From: Catajapyx aquilonaris
Taxonomy: Eukaryota
Reading direction: 5' to 3'
Length of the DNA stretch: 64,000 nt
Assembly (NCBI GenBank): GCA_000934665.2
Contig: KZ538448.1
Span: 1 to 64,000 of the forward strand
Both the position numbers and the translations under genes were made by a program. The notes under the pieces were generated by a model. That model was not told where the DNA came from. It did no database searches and saw nothing but the letters and a program-made list of their open reading frames with translations. Below are positions 61,519 to 64,000 of this stretch, one piece after another (position 1 is the stretch's first letter; every line of letters starts with the position of its first letter).

Positions 61519-62064
61519 ATGTTAGGCGCAAATCCCTAAAACTGCCATTGAGCGAAAAAACCGAGCATTTTGCGGAATGCTCTTTGCAAATCAGGCAGCT
61601 CGCGAAATGATCACTTAAAAATGGGCAGATAGCGCAATGATCCTTTTCAAACCATCCATTTCGCGAAATGTTCATTTTAAAACTGGCAGACCTCGAAATG
61701 CTATCTTTAAAAAGGCCAGAACAGCTTTTCTGGACTACACAAAAATGTCCGGACGCGAAATTAGTGTCGTGGCTGGTTCAGAAGAAGCCCACAACTCGCT
61801 GTGGCAGTTTCTTGTTACCCACTACGCCAGCGCCACATAGATAACAAGAATAGGGTGATTTATTTCCAGCATCTACTTGGCGTGGTGGGAAGCAAGAAAC
61901 TTGCCACAGCGCGTTATGGGCCTTTTCTGAACCAGCCACGACACTAATTTCGCTTCCGGACCTTTTTGTGTAGGCCAGAAAGCGTTTTGGTCTTTTTAAA
62001 AAGGAGCATTTCGCGATCTTTTTTTTTTCGCTCAACGGCCGTTTTCGGGGTTTGAGTCTAACAT
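61519..62064. mobile_element. Large palindromic MITE
   Basis: Ends ATGTTAGGCGCAAA / TTTGAGTCTAACAT. The inner ~140-bp arms (GCGAAATTAGTGTCGTGGCTGGTTCAGAA / TTCTGAACCAGCCACGACACTAATTTCGC) are mirrored. Confidence 0.82.
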
Positions 62065-62190
62065 ACACATCATCGATATGGGTCAGTGTATATAGTGAAG
62101 CGAGCATCATTTGTAAATTATTGTAAAGTCACAGTTACCGGTATACCGTATGTTTGAATATGATATTTTGTATTATTGTTATGCTGCTAG

Positions 62191-63905
62191 CGTGGGTTCA
62201 CCGAAAGTCTCAAAAGCTGGATCTGTAACGATTAGAATTTTATGACCGTTAAGCACACATACTATACAGGTATAACAACCAACTTCATGTGATCTGCAGC
62301 CTTATCTTAGACCCACCCTATACTCTAACCCAAACTCGACAGTTGAAGCCGATATGACTAACTCTCGAAGACGCGGAGTTGTTTCATGACATAATGTATG
62401 ACAATGTTAGGGATATTTCACGTTATCTCCCCCTGTACACCCAATCCATTCCAAAGTTCAACTTCATTACTGTTGAGGAGCCCTACATTAATGACGATTT
62501 TCTTGTTACTCTGAATTGATGGTTTTTGACATGGAAAAACGGTGTTACCCTATCAACGTTCATTGCTTTTGCTGAGGCGCTAAGCATAAATTTTCCTTTG
62601 TTTGAAGGTGATACTCCAACAAAATGCAGAGTTAGATTCACAAACTCTTTTATTAGACTCACAGTCTCAGAATAGATCATCCATTTTGGACACGTGTGTT
62701 TACGTAGCCTAGTGTTATGACATCCCAACGAACATTTGGATTGATTTCTGCGTCACTTTTATCAGTGTGTGGCACAGCAAGATAATCCCTATCCAGTGCT
62801 CTGAATATTGGACCAAGTCATTCCAAATTCGTGGTAGTGTTCATATCGTATGACACTCAGGCAGTTTGTTGATAGGTGGTGTCAATCGCACAATGGTCGT
62901 GCAAAGATGGAGGTGACCCTTCTGGCATGGACCAAGAAGGAGACAAGAACTGTTATTTGGGTTTGGTAATATAACTGACAAACCCCATCGAAATGTATCG
63001 GCGAATGCAGGCACTACACCAGGGGTATTCAACTAGTTTATGACAAGGTCCAGTATTTACCTTTCCTGTGTCATTGAAGGTCCGGACCCCCCCCCCCCCC
63101 CCNCAAGGGTAGAAGGGTCTATCAAGACAGGACATATTAAGACATTTTCGCCCTTTATGATGTCCTGAACAGGCGCGTAGGCAGAAAATTTCGGAGGGGG
63201 CTTCATTTAATAAGCACAAGGTGAACAAGCCGTAAAGGGCGGGGAGCAAGCCCGCCGCATGCGAATTTTTTTTTTTTGGGGGGGGGGGTGGAAGGTCACA
63301 CGAGCTTAGGTGAAAGTGGGAGATTTGAATGGGTGTGTATTTGATAAAATTTGTAGCACTTTTTCCAAAAAAATCATGAATTAGTAATTTCTAATGCTAT
63401 TTCAAACTGTCCTGTATATCGTCGCGGTCCGGACAAAATTACGTCGCGGTCCGGACCGCGGGCCGCCAGTTGAATATCCCTGCACTACACGGATCTGCAA
63501 TGAATCTTTAAGTCACTTGTCTATACGAGTTGTGTACGAGATGCACTTGCAGGAATGGAGCTGTGACACCTGGAATTTTGTACAGCACTCGTAGACTATG
63601 TATACGTGACGGCAGGTCCGTCTTGGTCATGCATTCGTGGATACATTTTCGATGGGTTTCGTCCGTTCTATTCACAAAACCTAATAGCAGCTCTCGTCTC
63701 CTTGGTGCACGGCAGAAGAGGCGCCGATATCTTACCGGTGCGTAATGCTGTCCGAAGACTCCACCAATCGTCAAACTCTCTGGTTCTGATCTACCACAGG
63801 AATCCGTAACATATATCCTTTTTAAACACCATCCCAAACGGCGAATTTTCCAACATTCCATGCAATTTTATTTTGTTACTCATAAGATTTCTCAGGTCCT
63901 CCTTG
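62191..63905 (-). pseudogene. Decayed mariner (DD34D) element and transposase, interrupted by a hAT MITE
   Basis: Frameshifted minus-strand motifs occur in the expected order: SAPLLPCTKETRAAIRF (N-terminus, from 63730), VYECCTKF, VHARRV, SPSNKGKFMLSASAKAM...PFFHVK and LCHETTPR. There is a TIR-like end at 62191. The upstream boundary is approximate. Confidence 0.65.
63020..63482. mobile_element. hAT-superfamily MITE (inverted copy of 2243-2746)
   Basis: TIR CAGGGGTATTCAA / TTGAATATCCCTG and a perfect 8-bp TSD CACTACAC (63012-63019, 63483-63490). Confidence 0.92.
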
Positions 63906-64000
63906 AAACTACGGAAGAAGCGCCACGCCGCCGCCATCTTGACACAGATGCTGTCCGACTCCCTCCACCTCCACCTGTATATAGACAAACTGTCCGAACT

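Overview
Eukaryotic, repeat-rich DNA with one assembly gap (32524-32625). It is probably from an arthropod or insect, inferred from the SINE and transposon types. There is no long intact ORF. Most recognisable sequence is transposon debris: tRNA-derived SINEs with target-site duplications (TSDs); hAT, Tc1/mariner/pogo, PIF/Harbinger, P-like and CACTA-like MITEs; non-autonomous Helitron and DINE-1-like elements; decayed mariner transposases; and 3' ends of Ingi/Vingi-like and L2-like LINEs. Several elements are nested. Scattered among them on the + strand are pieces of what looks like the 5' part of one very large, unidentified gene. These are an ATG exon (1571-1637), a 27-nt and possibly a 9-nt microexon with UGC-containing acceptors (8124-8150, 9936-9944), and a GC-rich Pro/His/Gln exon (59216-59466). 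All of these exons end in intron phase 1 (the last when read from its own ATG at 59250). The last exon begins with GTAAAG, so it could act as a recursive splice site that switches between two N-termini. Other notable items are mix-and-match SINE head and tail modules with a candidate partner LINE end, a 21-nt motif shared by two unrelated hairpin loci, twin perfect palindromes, and a MITE resembling mammalian MER44A/Tigger7. All gene calls rest on sequence signals only.
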